Origin: a bacterium ADurb.Bin157
GTDB taxonomy: Bacteria; Muiribacteriota; Ozemobacteria; Ozemobacterales; Ozemobacteraceae
Assembly (NCBI GenBank): GCA_002070375.1
Contig: MWDD01000013.1
Coordinates: forward strand, 369 to 64,368
Direction: 5' to 3'
DNA length: 64,000 bases
Positions within the stretch are counted from its first letter, which is position 1. Every line of letters starts with the position of its first letter. Of this stretch, positions 45,612 to 55,691 are shown in pieces. The notes below the pieces were generated by a model, which was not told the origin of the DNA, did no database searches, and was given only the letters and a program-made list of their open reading frames with translations. A program made the translations under genes and the position numbers.

Positions 45612-47350
45612 CCGACAAAAGTACGTTTCGTCGCTTATTGCCTTACTTTAAGCCTCATTTTTCAAAGCTTATTCTTTCTATAGTCAGCATGCTGACTGTT
45701 ACGGCCGTTCATTTGGCACGCCCGATGGTTTTGCGCGTTATCATCGACAAAGCCGTTCCTCAACAAAACATTGAGCTTGCGATAAAATACGCCGGTTTTT
45801 TTTTGGTTTTACTTGCTCTTGGGGCCTTTGCCATGACTTTGCGCGTGAGAATAATGGCGCGCATGGGCGCAGAAATTGTCGCAAAAATAAAGAGCGAAGT
45901 TTTTGAGCACATTCTAAGCCAGGGCGTTAGCTTTTTTGACAAAAACCAACCCGGTCGTCTGATTTCTCGAACTGAATCAGATGCAGACCAGATAAAAAGA
46001 ATGTTCACGCAAGATTCAATGCAAGTTTTTTCTTCAATTATGCTTGTAGTGGGCACCATTGTTTTTTTATTTATGGAAAATGTAACGGTAGGTTTTATAA
46101 CAATAGCCACCTTAGCGCTTATATCGCTGGTTATGTATAGTTACCTGTCATACGTTCAATCGATCATGACCGAAGTCAGGACTCAAAACAGTCTTTTAAC
46201 CGGCTACATAACGGAATACGTACAGGGTGTTCCTCTCATACAGCTTTACAGGCGGGAAAACGAAGTAAAAAAGCGGCTTCATGATTTTTCTAAAAAAAAG
46301 GGTGACTTAGACGTTTACGCCGGTTTCATAGATTACGCTATAGGCTCAACAACCTTCAGACTTATCAGCGAAGTCGGTCTTTTGGCTGTATTATTTTTCT
46401 ATTGCAGCAAAGAAATTTATGCCGGTGCCATGACAGTTGGCACAATGGTAATGTTCATCGAACTATTGAGGCAGTTTTTCAGACCTCTCGGCTTTATGGT
46501 CGAGGCGATATCATCTCTACAATCCGCATTAGCAGCCGGAGTCAGAGTCTTTGCCATATTAGACAGCAAACCCGCGATAATAAACGAAGGCTCGGTGTTG
46601 TCTGACGAAGAACTTACAAAAGATATCACCTTTAACAATGTCAGTTTTTCATATAATTCAGAACCGATTTTAAAAAATGTATCATTCAAAATCGAAAAGG
46701 GCAAAACTGTTGCAATAGTAGGTGCAAGCGGCTCAGGAAAAACCACTTGCGCGAATTTACTATTGCGTTTTTATGATACAAATTCGGGAAGCATATGTAT
46801 AGGTGATCGGAACATAAAAGAAATTAAGCCTGAAAACCTGTTAAAGAACACTGCTTTGGTCTTGCAAGAGATTTATCTTTTTCCCGGAACGATAATGCAA
46901 AACCTAAAAGCTTTTCGCAACGACATAGATGACGAATCTGTTATAAAGGCATCGCGTGAGATAGGCGCCCACAATTTTATCCAAAAATTGTCGAAAGGCT
47001 ACGAAACAGTTCTTTCCGAAAGGGGTTCCAACGTTTCATACGGAGAAAGGCAGTTACTTTCTTATACCAGAGCGTTGGTAAAAGATCCAAAACTATTGAT
47101 TTTGGACGAAGCCACATCTTCGGTCGATGCCATTACCGAAATGCAACTGCAAACAAGTATGAGTAAGTTAATGCAAAACAGAACCTCATTAGTTATAGCC
47201 CATCGACTTTCGACTATAAAGAATGCAGATAAAATTATCGTCTTAGAAAAAGGTGAAATAATCGAAAGCGGCACCCACGAAGAATTAATTAAGTTAGGCA
47301 AAAAATACTACGAATTGGTAAACGTTCAAAATGGCAACAAAGCACCCTAA
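45608..47350 (+). CDS. ABC transporter ATP-binding/permease (type I exporter, MsbA-like half-transporter)
   Basis: 580 aa. Six TMs, Walker A GASGSGKTT, signature LSYGERQLLS and Walker B LLILDEATS. Confidence 0.85.
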   Translation: MTDKSTFRRLLPYFKPHFSKLILSIVSMLTVTAVHLARPMVLRVIIDKAVPQQNIELAIKYAGFFLVLLALGAFAMTLRVRIMARMGAEIVAKIKSEVFEHILSQGVSFFDKNQPGRLISRTESDADQIKRMFTQDSMQVFSSIMLVVGTIVFLFMENVTVGFITIATLALISLVMYSYLSYVQSIMTEVRTQNSLLTGYITEYVQGVPLIQLYRRENEVKKRLHDFSKKKGDLDVYAGFIDYAIGSTTFRLISEVGLLAVLFFYCSKEIYAGAMTVGTMVMFIELLRQFFRPLGFMVEAISSLQSALAAGVRVFAILDSKPAIINEGSVLSDEELTKDITFNNVSFSYNSEPILKNVSFKIEKGKTVAIVGASGSGKTTCANLLLRFYDTNSGSICIGDRNIKEIKPENLLKNTALVLQEIYLFPGTIMQNLKAFRNDIDDESVIKASREIGAHNFIQKLSKGYETVLSERGSNVSYGERQLLSYTRALVKDPKLLILDEATSSVDAITEMQLQTSMSKLMQNRTSLVIAHRLSTIKNADKIIVLEKGEIIESGTHEELIKLGKKYYELVNVQNGNKAP

Positions 47351-49172
47351 AATTTATTACGTAAAGTGGATAGCCAAGCAATACAAAATGCATTGGAAGT
47401 TTGTTTTGCTGCTTGTTGCTTTAACTGTAATAACTGCGGTTTTAACGGTGGTTTTTCCTATATTGCTCAAACATATAATCGACAGTATTACCAATAACCT
47501 GTCATTATTTGAGAGCGGCAAAATCACGGTGCCCGAAGCAGAATCAGAGCGGAACAAACAGCTGCTTATCTTGTTATTTATGGGGTTAGGCCCTATTTTT
47601 AACGGCATATACCCGTGGCTTCGCCATAAAGGCAACGTAACTTTCGAGACCTTTCTGAGAGACAGTTTTTTTGCGAGCATACTCAAAAAGAACAGTAATT
47701 TCTTTTTAAAATTCAGAACGGGCGATTTGTCTGCAAGGCTTATTCATGACTTAAGTTCGCAATTTCAAGGGCTGCCCTGGCTTTGCTGTTCGGGCATATT
47801 CCGCGCGTTCAATTCAACGATTTTGATTATATTTTGCTTAGCGGCGATGTCAATGCTCAACCTTAAACTTACGCTGATAGCCTGTATACCACTTCCCATA
47901 ACTTTAGGAATTTTTATGTTATTAGACAAAAACATTTCAGAAAGTTTCAAAAAGGTTCACGATGGTGTATCTGAGGGCAATGATTTTTTAGAAGCGGCTT
48001 ATTCAGGCATAAAAATCATAAAATCTTTTAACTCACAAAATGCGCAATCGGCCGAATACGGCAAAATACTCAGCCGCAGAATCGAGTACGAAACTAGAGC
48101 TGAAAGTTTGTTTGGTAACTTTATGACATTGTTTGAGTTTTTAAACTATGTGGGCGAGATTTTTATACTTTTGTTTGGTGGCATAATGGTAATTAAGGGC
48201 GAAATGAGCATTGGCACTTATTACGCCTTTTTTAGTTATTTAGGGATGATTATTTTTCCTTTGATGGATATTCCGAGTATGTTTGTCAGCCTCAACGAAA
48301 GCAGCATTTCTATAGACAGGCTTGAAGCGATTAACGAAGACCCTTCACACGAATCGATAAGCGAGGGCACAGACCGCGAAAGAATTAACACTATCGACAG
48401 CATTGTTTTTAAAAACGTGAGTTTTGAGTTTCTAAAACCGTCAGATGCTCTTAAAGAGGGCGATGAAAAAGAGGCAAAAGCACCTTTTTCGCTCAAGAAC
48501 ATTAATTTAACTATAAAAAGGGGCGAAAAAGTGGCTATAGTGGGGCAAATTGGCTCCGGCAAGACCACTTTACTGAATCTTATAGCGCAAATGCTTTTGC
48601 CAAAGAATGGCGAAATTTTTGTGAACGGTATAAATGCAAATAGAATAGCGCTTTCTTCAATAAGGGATAAAATCGGGTATATACAGCAAGAGCCGCTGAT
48701 TTTTTCTGAAACGGTAAAAAATAACATTAGTTTTTGGCGCGACATACCCGACGAAAAGGTCTATTTATGCGCATCTATAGCGCAGCTAGATAAAGAGATC
48801 AAGCTGTTTGAGCACGGTTTTGACGAAGAGATTGGGCAAAGGGGTGTTAATATTTCTGGGGGTCAGCGGCAGCGTTTATCGATTGCCAGGGCGTTGGCTG
48901 GCTCTCCCGAGTTGCTTTTGACGGACGACATAACCGCAAGTCTGGACTCGGAAAACGAACAAAAGTTATGGAACGACCTAAACCGGGAATACCCGCACTT
49001 AACATGTGTTGTAATAACTCACCGTATATCGACGGCCGCCATGGCTGACAGAATTATAGTATTAAAAGACGGAACAATTGTTTCAGAAGGCACTCACAGT
49101 GATCTTAAAAACAATTGCGGGGTTTATCAAAATCTGTCGAACCCGGATGCAAAGTACGACGATATTATTTAA
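47331..49172 (+). CDS. ABC transporter ATP-binding/permease (second half of the heterodimeric exporter)
   Basis: 613 aa. TMD, Walker A GQIGSGKTT, signature ISGGQRQRLSIARAL and Walker B LLLTDD. Overlaps the upstream ABC gene by 20 nt. Confidence 0.85.
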   Translation: MATKHPKIYYVKWIAKQYKMHWKFVLLLVALTVITAVLTVVFPILLKHIIDSITNNLSLFESGKITVPEAESERNKQLLILLFMGLGPIFNGIYPWLRHKGNVTFETFLRDSFFASILKKNSNFFLKFRTGDLSARLIHDLSSQFQGLPWLCCSGIFRAFNSTILIIFCLAAMSMLNLKLTLIACIPLPITLGIFMLLDKNISESFKKVHDGVSEGNDFLEAAYSGIKIIKSFNSQNAQSAEYGKILSRRIEYETRAESLFGNFMTLFEFLNYVGEIFILLFGGIMVIKGEMSIGTYYAFFSYLGMIIFPLMDIPSMFVSLNESSISIDRLEAINEDPSHESISEGTDRERINTIDSIVFKNVSFEFLKPSDALKEGDEKEAKAPFSLKNINLTIKRGEKVAIVGQIGSGKTTLLNLIAQMLLPKNGEIFVNGINANRIALSSIRDKIGYIQQEPLIFSETVKNNISFWRDIPDEKVYLCASIAQLDKEIKLFEHGFDEEIGQRGVNISGGQRQRLSIARALAGSPELLLTDDITASLDSENEQKLWNDLNREYPHLTCVVITHRISTAAMADRIIVLKDGTIVSEGTHSDLKNNCGVYQNLSNPDAKYDDII

Positions 49173-49681
49173 TCGTCTGTTAAAACTTTTTCGTAAGCGA
49201 GTCTTTTAGCTTTGTCTTGCAGGTAAATGATGCCACAATAAGTGAAATTATTTTTAAGCAAAAATTTTTGCATCACAATATTATCTTCGTGAGTATCTAC
49301 CCTGAGTGATGTGCAGCTTTTGGATTTTGCGAATTTTTGGGCAAAATCAATTATTTGAGAGGCGGCACCGGTATTTTTGCATGATTCTTCAACAGCAATT
49401 CTGTGAATCGATATATATTTGTTGTCTGCAAGCCATTTTCCGTCATATATCTCAGAATAATTAATATCAGGCTCGACAACTAACGAAACGGTTGCGATTA
49501 TTTTGCCGTCTGCCTCAGCCACATGGCAATATCCCGCGTCTAAGTCTTTTTCGATAGTTTCTTTATTTGGGTATCCGTTCTGCCATTGGTTTATGTTGTT
49601 TTCTTCAAGCCATTTTTGCGCCTGCCCCACAATCGTTAATATTTGTTCTAAATCGTTTAATGAGGCTAATCTTATATTCAT
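49169..49681 (-). CDS. GNAT family N-acetyltransferase
   Basis: 170 aa with an acetyl-CoA binding region (IHRIAVEESCKNTGAASQII). Confidence 0.7.
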   Translation of the reverse strand: MNIRLASLNDLEQILTIVGQAQKWLEENNINQWQNGYPNKETIEKDLDAGYCHVAEADGKIIATVSLVVEPDINYSEIYDGKWLADNKYISIHRIAVEESCKNTGAASQIIDFAQKFAKSKSCTSLRVDTHEDNIVMQKFLLKNNFTYCGIIYLQDKAKRLAYEKVLTDD

Positions 49682-49682
49682 A

Positions 49683-50144
49683 TTACCTGTGAATGATCCG
49701 AGGGAAAAGCTTACCTTTTTCGACTATCAAAACTGCTACTGAAGCCGGCAATCCGCCTCTCGGGAAGGCCGGGCTGCCGGGATTTATCACAAGCAGGCCG
49801 TTTTCTTCGCTGATAGTTGAAATGTGCGTGTGTCCGTAAACCAAAACCTTTGTGTCTGCTTCTAGCGCATTTCTTGCCGTTGCGGGCTTATGTGCGGCTG
49901 TCAGCAATCCGATTCCGATGTTTACAGATATGTGTGAGGGAGTTTTTAAGTAGTATGAATCGCAGTTCCCGCGAACGGCGTAGACAGGCGCTATCTCTTT
50001 AAGCGCCTCGAGAACTTCGGGAGTTTCTACGTCACCGGCGTGTATAATTAAGTCAGATTTTAGGAAAGCCTCACGCACCCAATCAGGTATTTCGTAACCG
50101 CCTGCCCTTATGCTGTGGGTATCAGAAATAATACCTATTTTCAT
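49683..50144 (-). CDS. yfcE: Metallophosphoesterase of the YfcE/MJ0936 family
   Basis: 153 aa with the motifs MKIGIISDTH, IHAGDV, GNCD and GHTH. Confidence 0.75.
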   Translation of the reverse strand: MKIGIISDTHSIRAGGYEIPDWVREAFLKSDLIIHAGDVETPEVLEALKEIAPVYAVRGNCDSYYLKTPSHISVNIGIGLLTAAHKPATARNALEADTKVLVYGHTHISTISEENGLLVINPGSPAFPRGGLPASVAVLIVEKGKLFPRIIHR

Positions 50145-50245
50145 TAGCTGATTCCTGTTGTAAGTATTGACTATTAAGGCTAATTGTTCTATGTTTTAAC
50201 ATAATTATCATTGACGGACAACAAAAAAAGAGGCTACTATAAGTC

Positions 50246-50860
50246 ATGTCTAACACACCCGTGCCCGAAACCTTAAAAAAAAATCAAAAACCTGCGCCTG
50301 AAACAGAGACGGCGCCCAAGCCCCAAACTTCTTTCAGCGAAACCATGTTTTTTAGGCGTTTTGTAGCCACAGCAGCCGATTATGTAATTGTTTCCACTAT
50401 CTGCATGCTGTCATCTTTGCTTGTGTCATTCTTGTTTTCAGCTTTCAACGGAGATGTTTTCAAACTAACCTTTTTTATAATTGGCATTATCTGGGGGTTA
50501 GGCGGGGTATTATTGCTCATCAAAGACGGTCCTCATTCTATAACAGCCTTTGACTGCCGCACTCCCGGCAAGTATTTTCTTCACGTCAGAGTTATAAATA
50601 CACAAAAGCAACCTATAACTTACGAAATGTCAATAAAAAGAAACCTGGTTGTTGCTTCGAGCATTTTTTGTATAGCAGGCACCAATTTAATATTAAGCTT
50701 AAATTTGCCTGTGATAACCGACATATTAGTGTGGATTTCCTTAATTGCTTCTTTTGGTTGTTTAGGCTGGACTCTTTACGAAACCTATATGTTCTATAAA
50801 TCAACCGACGAACGCCGTCCGGGCGATTTACGAGCCAACACCTTCGTAGAATACTACTGA
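50246..50860 (+). CDS. RDD-family-like membrane protein
   Basis: 204 aa with a Pro/Glu-rich N-terminus, then FFRRFVATAADYVIV and three or four TMs. Confidence 0.4.
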   Translation: MSNTPVPETLKKNQKPAPETETAPKPQTSFSETMFFRRFVATAADYVIVSTICMLSSLLVSFLFSAFNGDVFKLTFFIIGIIWGLGGVLLLIKDGPHSITAFDCRTPGKYFLHVRVINTQKQPITYEMSIKRNLVVASSIFCIAGTNLILSLNLPVITDILVWISLIASFGCLGWTLYETYMFYKSTDERRPGDLRANTFVEYY

Positions 50861-50873
50861 CAGAGGGTAACCT

Positions 50874-51389
50874 TTGAATATAAAGCACATATTTTTGCTT
50901 TTACTTGCAATACTCAGTTTTTTGCTGGTAAATGTTTTTGTGCCCAAAGCTAACGAGCCGGGCAGTATATCATCATTTGAAGGCGTTATTCTTTCAAACA
51001 TGTCGGGGCATCAGTTCAGGCTTGCGGGGCAGTTTGCCGAAAAGCCGGTTTTATTTGTATTTTGGTCTGTAACCTGCGGCACTTGTATTGAGGAGATACC
51101 CTTTATAACTTCATTGCACAAAGAATTACATGACAAACTCACTGTTATAGGCATACATCCCGCAGGGTATCCGATGAAACAAATCAAAAGATTTTTACAC
51201 AAACACAAACCTGCTATTCCGTATACTCTTGCCATAGACAGTCAACAAACTCTTACAAAAACATACAACATCAGTGTTTTACCGAGACTTATACTGGTAA
51301 ACAGGCGTGGCGAAGTTCTTTATGATCATCTTGGTTACGCCGCCGAAAATGAAGGAGCAGTCAGAAGTGCCATATTATCGCATCTATAA
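50874..51389 (+). CDS. TlpA/ResA-like thiol:disulfide oxidoreductase (thioredoxin fold), secreted
   Basis: Signal anchor and CxxC motif (WSVTCGTCIEE). Confidence 0.65.
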   Translation: MNIKHIFLLLLAILSFLLVNVFVPKANEPGSISSFEGVILSNMSGHQFRLAGQFAEKPVLFVFWSVTCGTCIEEIPFITSLHKELHDKLTVIGIHPAGYPMKQIKRFLHKHKPAIPYTLAIDSQQTLTKTYNISVLPRLILVNRRGEVLYDHLGYAAENEGAVRSAILSHL

Positions 51390-51924
51390 ATGTTTTTTGG
51401 CAGTTATATTATTAACATTCTTTTCTTTGTCAGCAGCGAAAGGTGATGAAACACTCTTCAAAAAGATGCTTGAACCGGGGAGCAGCGCACCGGTAAACAA
51501 GCTTAAAGATGCAATGAGCAAAAGCGAATTTATTTTCCCTGAAAAAGGGAAATGGAATATCGTTTTTTATTGGTCATTATTTTGTCATTCATGTTTATCG
51601 GAGATCCCTGCCATACAGCGTCATTTGCCAGAGGATTCAGACTTTAACGTTTATTATGTATCTTTGGATTCATCGCGGATGGAAAAGGGGTTAGAGAATT
51701 TTGGGAAAAAGCGTCGTCTGACTCGGCCCATATTAATGGAAGAGTTGTATGAAGAGCGCTATTTAACGGCTGACCAGTGGGGTGTCTCTGCGACACCGGC
51801 AGTTTTTATAACCAACCCTGAGGGGAAAATTGCTTTTTCACACGCGGGGCCCATGGATATCGACAAATTTTTTGCTGATTTTGAGGTTATGAAGAACTTA
51901 GGATCGGAGCGGGAACAACAATGA
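51349..51924 (+). CDS. TlpA-like thioredoxin-fold protein, second copy
   Basis: CxxC motif WSLFCHSCLSE. The ORF track starts at 51307. The likely start is the ATG at 51349 or the TTG at 51397, ahead of the signal peptide (LAVILLTFFSLSAAKG). Confidence 0.55.
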   Translation: MKEQSEVPYYRIYKCFLAVILLTFFSLSAAKGDETLFKKMLEPGSSAPVNKLKDAMSKSEFIFPEKGKWNIVFYWSLFCHSCLSEIPAIQRHLPEDSDFNVYYVSLDSSRMEKGLENFGKKRRLTRPILMEELYEERYLTADQWGVSATPAVFITNPEGKIAFSHAGPMDIDKFFADFEVMKNLGSEREQQ

Positions 51925-52445
51925 AAAAGCGGTCTTTAAAACATTTTTTTATAATGCCTTCTTATCAAATCAGGCTTACGGCTTTTATGTGTTTGGTCAT
52001 TTTTATTGGGTTCATTTTACATGGCTGCCTTTTGTATTATATTGCGGGCAAGAATATTCAGAACGGTTTTTTTGCGGGAGCGAATGAAATGAGGCAGGTT
52101 TGGGACATTCTAAAGCCTGCTGTTATCGTGACAAACGGCGTAAGTTTTATTGTTATGAGTGTTTTTATGTTTTTAGTAGCGATATTTATATCTCACAAGC
52201 TTGCGGGGCCGATTTTAAAGATTTCGGGGCATTTAAAAAAGATAGCCTCAGGCAAACTGCCTTCTGCGACACTTAAATTAAGGGAACACGATGAGGGGCA
52301 GTTGCTTTGCGACACTGTGAACGAATTGCAAACCGGTTACAGAGCAACCTTTTTAAGCATTAAACAAGTAGCGGATTCTATGAAGGCACAGGATCCTGCA
52401 AAAAGCAAGTTAAACGAGATTTTATCGGAGATAGAATTTGAGTGA
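51921..52445 (+). CDS. Small membrane protein with a HAMP-like segment
   Basis: Two TMs (LTAFMCLVIFIGFILHGCLLYYI, VSFIVMSVFMFLVAIFISHKLAGPILKI), then an amphipathic helix. Confidence 0.4.
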   Translation: MKKRSLKHFFIMPSYQIRLTAFMCLVIFIGFILHGCLLYYIAGKNIQNGFFAGANEMRQVWDILKPAVIVTNGVSFIVMSVFMFLVAIFISHKLAGPILKISGHLKKIASGKLPSATLKLREHDEGQLLCDTVNELQTGYRATFLSIKQVADSMKAQDPAKSKLNEILSEIEFE

Positions 52446-53484
52446 AGTAAAGAAAACTGCATTTTTTTTAATTTGTTTTTTGGCAGGCATCGCGTCTTTC
52501 GGCAATGATGGCGAAGCCGAGAAAAATCTTGCCGAAAAGGGTTTGCCGAGTTATCACAAATATCTGAAACAAGCCGGGGACACGCAAAACTATGTTGGTT
52601 CTGAATCTTGCGCCAAATGTCATTCTGATATTTATGACGAATGGAAACTGAGTCAACACGCGCGAATGATAAGAAGCGTCGAAGAAATCAAACAGACTGT
52701 GCCGATTCCGTTTAATGAGCTTGAAGTCAGCGAAGACAAGATTATAATGGTTTTGGGTTCTCATTATGTTCACAGATTTGTGGCAGAGCATAACGGCAAA
52801 GCGGTAGTGTTGCCTAAAATATGGGATATACGTGAAAATCGCTGGCTTGAGACCTACGATTACGGATGGCAATCAAAAGAATACACAAAAGAATGCGCAG
52901 GTTGTCACACAACAGGTTTTTCGGCAGAAAATGAGTGTTTCACAGAGCCGGGAGTCGGATGCGAAGCTTGTCACGGACCCGGTGAGAAGCACATTAAAAC
53001 TCAGAATCCGAAAGACATTGCTTCTCGCCACAGTCTATCGCCTGAAAAACTTGAGATGGTATGTATTTCTTGTCATACATCGGGCATGGACAACAGCTAT
53101 ACTTACAGTTTTCCTGTCAGTTACAGGCCGGGCGACGATATTACGAAACATTTTTCGGGTTTGACGCCGAAACCGGGACAAACTGCCGAGAACTTTTCGG
53201 GTGACGAGAGTTATGAAGACCGTCTCAGACAGTGGACCTTTTTAAAGCCGAGGCTACTATTGGCAAGCGGCTTAACATGCGATTACTGCCTGAATTTCAG
53301 GAATGTAAAAAAGAAAAACGAAGGCGAATATTTGACATACAATCAATATTGCATGACTTGTCACTCAGACAAAGAGGATCACCCTGAGCAGTCTCCCGGC
53401 ACAGACTGCATTGTATGTCACAAGCCAAACCGCCATTTAAACGGCAGTTTATCTATTCACGACCACAAATTCAGGTTCGAGTGA
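52438..53484 (+). CDS. Multiheme c-type cytochrome (six CxxCH motifs)
   Basis: Signal peptide, then CAKCH, CAGCH, CEACH, CISCH, CMTCH and CIVCH, plus one CxxC without His. Confidence 0.75.
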   Translation: MSEVKKTAFFLICFLAGIASFGNDGEAEKNLAEKGLPSYHKYLKQAGDTQNYVGSESCAKCHSDIYDEWKLSQHARMIRSVEEIKQTVPIPFNELEVSEDKIIMVLGSHYVHRFVAEHNGKAVVLPKIWDIRENRWLETYDYGWQSKEYTKECAGCHTTGFSAENECFTEPGVGCEACHGPGEKHIKTQNPKDIASRHSLSPEKLEMVCISCHTSGMDNSYTYSFPVSYRPGDDITKHFSGLTPKPGQTAENFSGDESYEDRLRQWTFLKPRLLLASGLTCDYCLNFRNVKKKNEGEYLTYNQYCMTCHSDKEDHPEQSPGTDCIVCHKPNRHLNGSLSIHDHKFRFE

Positions 53485-54378
53485 TTTAAGTTCGGGTATT
53501 TTTTTCTGTTTTCGTGACAGAATCAAAATCAGTGCAACAAATATCAATCCTGTGCCGAGAAGTCCGAGGCTATTCAATTTTTCTTCAAACAAAACGTAAG
53601 ATATAATAGCCCCCGAGACCGGCTGTAAATAAATCAAGAAACCTGCCGTAGTAACCGGCACTATTTTGAGTGCGCTGTTCCAGAGAGCATAAGTAATAAC
53701 CGAATTCATAAGCACCAAATAAATCAAAATAGCCAGTGTTTTTGTCTGCCACACTCCAAAGCCATAAAATGCAGATTCTAGAATGGCCCCCGGTAAAAGC
53801 ATAGCAGAGCCGAGCATAAAGCTGTCTCGGCATGTTAATCGCCAATCATATTTTGCAGAAACCTTTTTACCTATAATGCTATACATTGCCCAAGCGAACT
53901 GAGGAACAACAACAATAATACTGCCTATCCAAAGTTTATAGCTTTCAATATTTACGTTATCGCTTAAATCTCCGCCTAACAATGCGCAGCCCGCTACAGC
54001 CAATATTATAGAAACGATGTGTAAAGGTTGAATTCTTTCTTTAAAGAAATAAGCTGCCAACAACACAGTAAAAAGTGGCGGTGTAGCGGATATAACAGAA
54101 GCTACGATTCCCGGAGCCCAAATTAAGCCATAATTCATTCCAAGTACAAGAACAAAAACTCCCCAGAATGCCAGTTTAATAAAGTCGGGTTTATCTTCTT
54201 TAGCTATTCCGCTAAGAGGGGCAGATTGTGTAAGTGCAACAAAAACCAGTCCTGCGAGGAAGAATCTCAAAAAGCCGAACACTAAAGGCGGGACGTCAGT
54301 CAATGCCAACTTTGTCAGAGGATAAGCCGCTCCCCAAACAAGTGCAGCGAAAGCTATTTTCACTATACCCCAAACCAT
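53449..54378 (-). CDS. DMT-superfamily (EamA) transporter
   Basis: 309 aa, about 10 TMs, duplicated EamA-like halves. Confidence 0.75.
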   Translation of the reverse strand: MVWGIVKIAFAALVWGAAYPLTKLALTDVPPLVFGFLRFFLAGLVFVALTQSAPLSGIAKEDKPDFIKLAFWGVFVLVLGMNYGLIWAPGIVASVISATPPLFTVLLAAYFFKERIQPLHIVSIILAVAGCALLGGDLSDNVNIESYKLWIGSIIVVVPQFAWAMYSIIGKKVSAKYDWRLTCRDSFMLGSAMLLPGAILESAFYGFGVWQTKTLAILIYLVLMNSVITYALWNSALKIVPVTTAGFLIYLQPVSGAIISYVLFEEKLNSLGLLGTGLIFVALILILSRKQKKIPELKSLEPEFVVVNR

Positions 54379-54528
54379 TCTGTTTACCTCATAATTTTTT
54401 GTTGTTCAAATTTACCAAAAAGCATTAAAAATAGCTATATAATAAAATTTGAGTAATTTTTGTTTGTTAATTATCTATAGCTGTGGTAGATTTTCAACAC
54501 TTTATGACTTATTTCCTTTCGAGGTTAT

Positions 54529-55626
54529 GTGATGAACAAAGAGATAATCAGGCTTATACCCGGGCCCGTAAGCGTGCCTAAGTCTATTTTAAAGACCTAT
54601 TCCGCAAATTACGCTTCCGCAGACATTGACACTGAATTTTTAGAGCTTTATAATCGCACCGAGAATAAAATTCAGCAAATACTTGGCACACAAAATAGCG
54701 TAATAATGCAAACCGGAGAAGGTATGCTAGGTCTTTGGGGAGCGCTTAAAAGCTGTTTAAAGCCCGGCTCTAAGGTTTTAGCTCTTTGTAACGGGGTGTT
54801 TGGCGACGGCATCGCGGACATGGCAGAAAGCATAGGTGCTGAGGTTAAACGTTTTTCTGTTGCTTATAACACCACACAAATAAACTACAACGAGTTTGAA
54901 AAAGCAGTAATCGATTTTGAGCCACTTATGATCACTGCTGTGCATTGCGAAACACCTTCGGGGATTTTAAATCCGCTCGAAGGAATTGCGAAAATCAAAG
55001 AAAAACACAATGTCCCACTTTTTTGTGTTGACTCTGTGGCAAGCGCGGGCGGGGCACCTGTAGATGCGGACAGATGCGCGATAGATCTTTGTCTTAATGG
55101 CAGTCAAAAATGTTTTTCCGCTCCGCCTGAAATGACCATGGTTTCTGTAAGCACCAAAGCTTGGGAAATCATTGAACAGGTTAATTACAAAGGCTACGAT
55201 GCTTTTTTGCCTTTTAAAAATGCGCAAAAGAATTTTTATTTTCCCAACACCATGTCCTGGCATGGTATTGCAGCGCTTGAGGTTGCTTCAGACTTGATTT
55301 TGAACGAAGGGCTTGAAAATGTTTATAAAAAGCATTTAGCAGCGCAGGAATTTTGCATAAACAAATTATCAGAGTTGGGGTTAGAGCTTTTTGCAGATAA
55401 AAACGCCGTTAAATCGCCGACTGTTACAGCTGTTATGCTTCCCGGAAACATTGACTTTGCAACCTTCAACCAAGCCTGTCTTTCTAAGGGAGTTGCTTTG
55501 GCCGGCAGTTACGGGCCCTTAGCCGGCAAAATATTCAGAATAGGTCACATGGGCTCTCAATCAGACTTGCGGCTACTTGAAGTTGGTATGGCAAGATTGG
55601 GCGAAGCAATAGCAGCTCTAAAATGA
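54529..55626 (+). CDS. Class V aminotransferase (PLP-dependent, serine-pyruvate / phosphoserine aminotransferase-like)
   Basis: 365 aa (IPGPVSVPKSIL..., a Lys-containing motif near NGSQKCFSAPP). Confidence 0.7.
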   Translation: MMNKEIIRLIPGPVSVPKSILKTYSANYASADIDTEFLELYNRTENKIQQILGTQNSVIMQTGEGMLGLWGALKSCLKPGSKVLALCNGVFGDGIADMAESIGAEVKRFSVAYNTTQINYNEFEKAVIDFEPLMITAVHCETPSGILNPLEGIAKIKEKHNVPLFCVDSVASAGGAPVDADRCAIDLCLNGSQKCFSAPPEMTMVSVSTKAWEIIEQVNYKGYDAFLPFKNAQKNFYFPNTMSWHGIAALEVASDLILNEGLENVYKKHLAAQEFCINKLSELGLELFADKNAVKSPTVTAVMLPGNIDFATFNQACLSKGVALAGSYGPLAGKIFRIGHMGSQSDLRLLEVGMARLGEAIAALK

Positions 55627-55691
55627 TAAACTTTTTACTGCTTTCATAGTATAATTAGCATATGATTATGAGTAATGAACGGAGCTAATTT

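Noticed and set aside
45760-46110. 116-aa minus-strand ORF inside ABC transporter gene 1, with similar calls at 48236-48745, 47357-47686 and 46417-46746
   Set aside because: These are antisense ORFs within strongly supported ABC transporter genes.
51307-51389. Long overlap of the second TlpA-like ORF with the first
   Set aside because: The overlap comes from the ORF-track choice of the most upstream start. An internal ATG at 51349 or TTG at 51397, just before the signal peptide, removes most or all of it.
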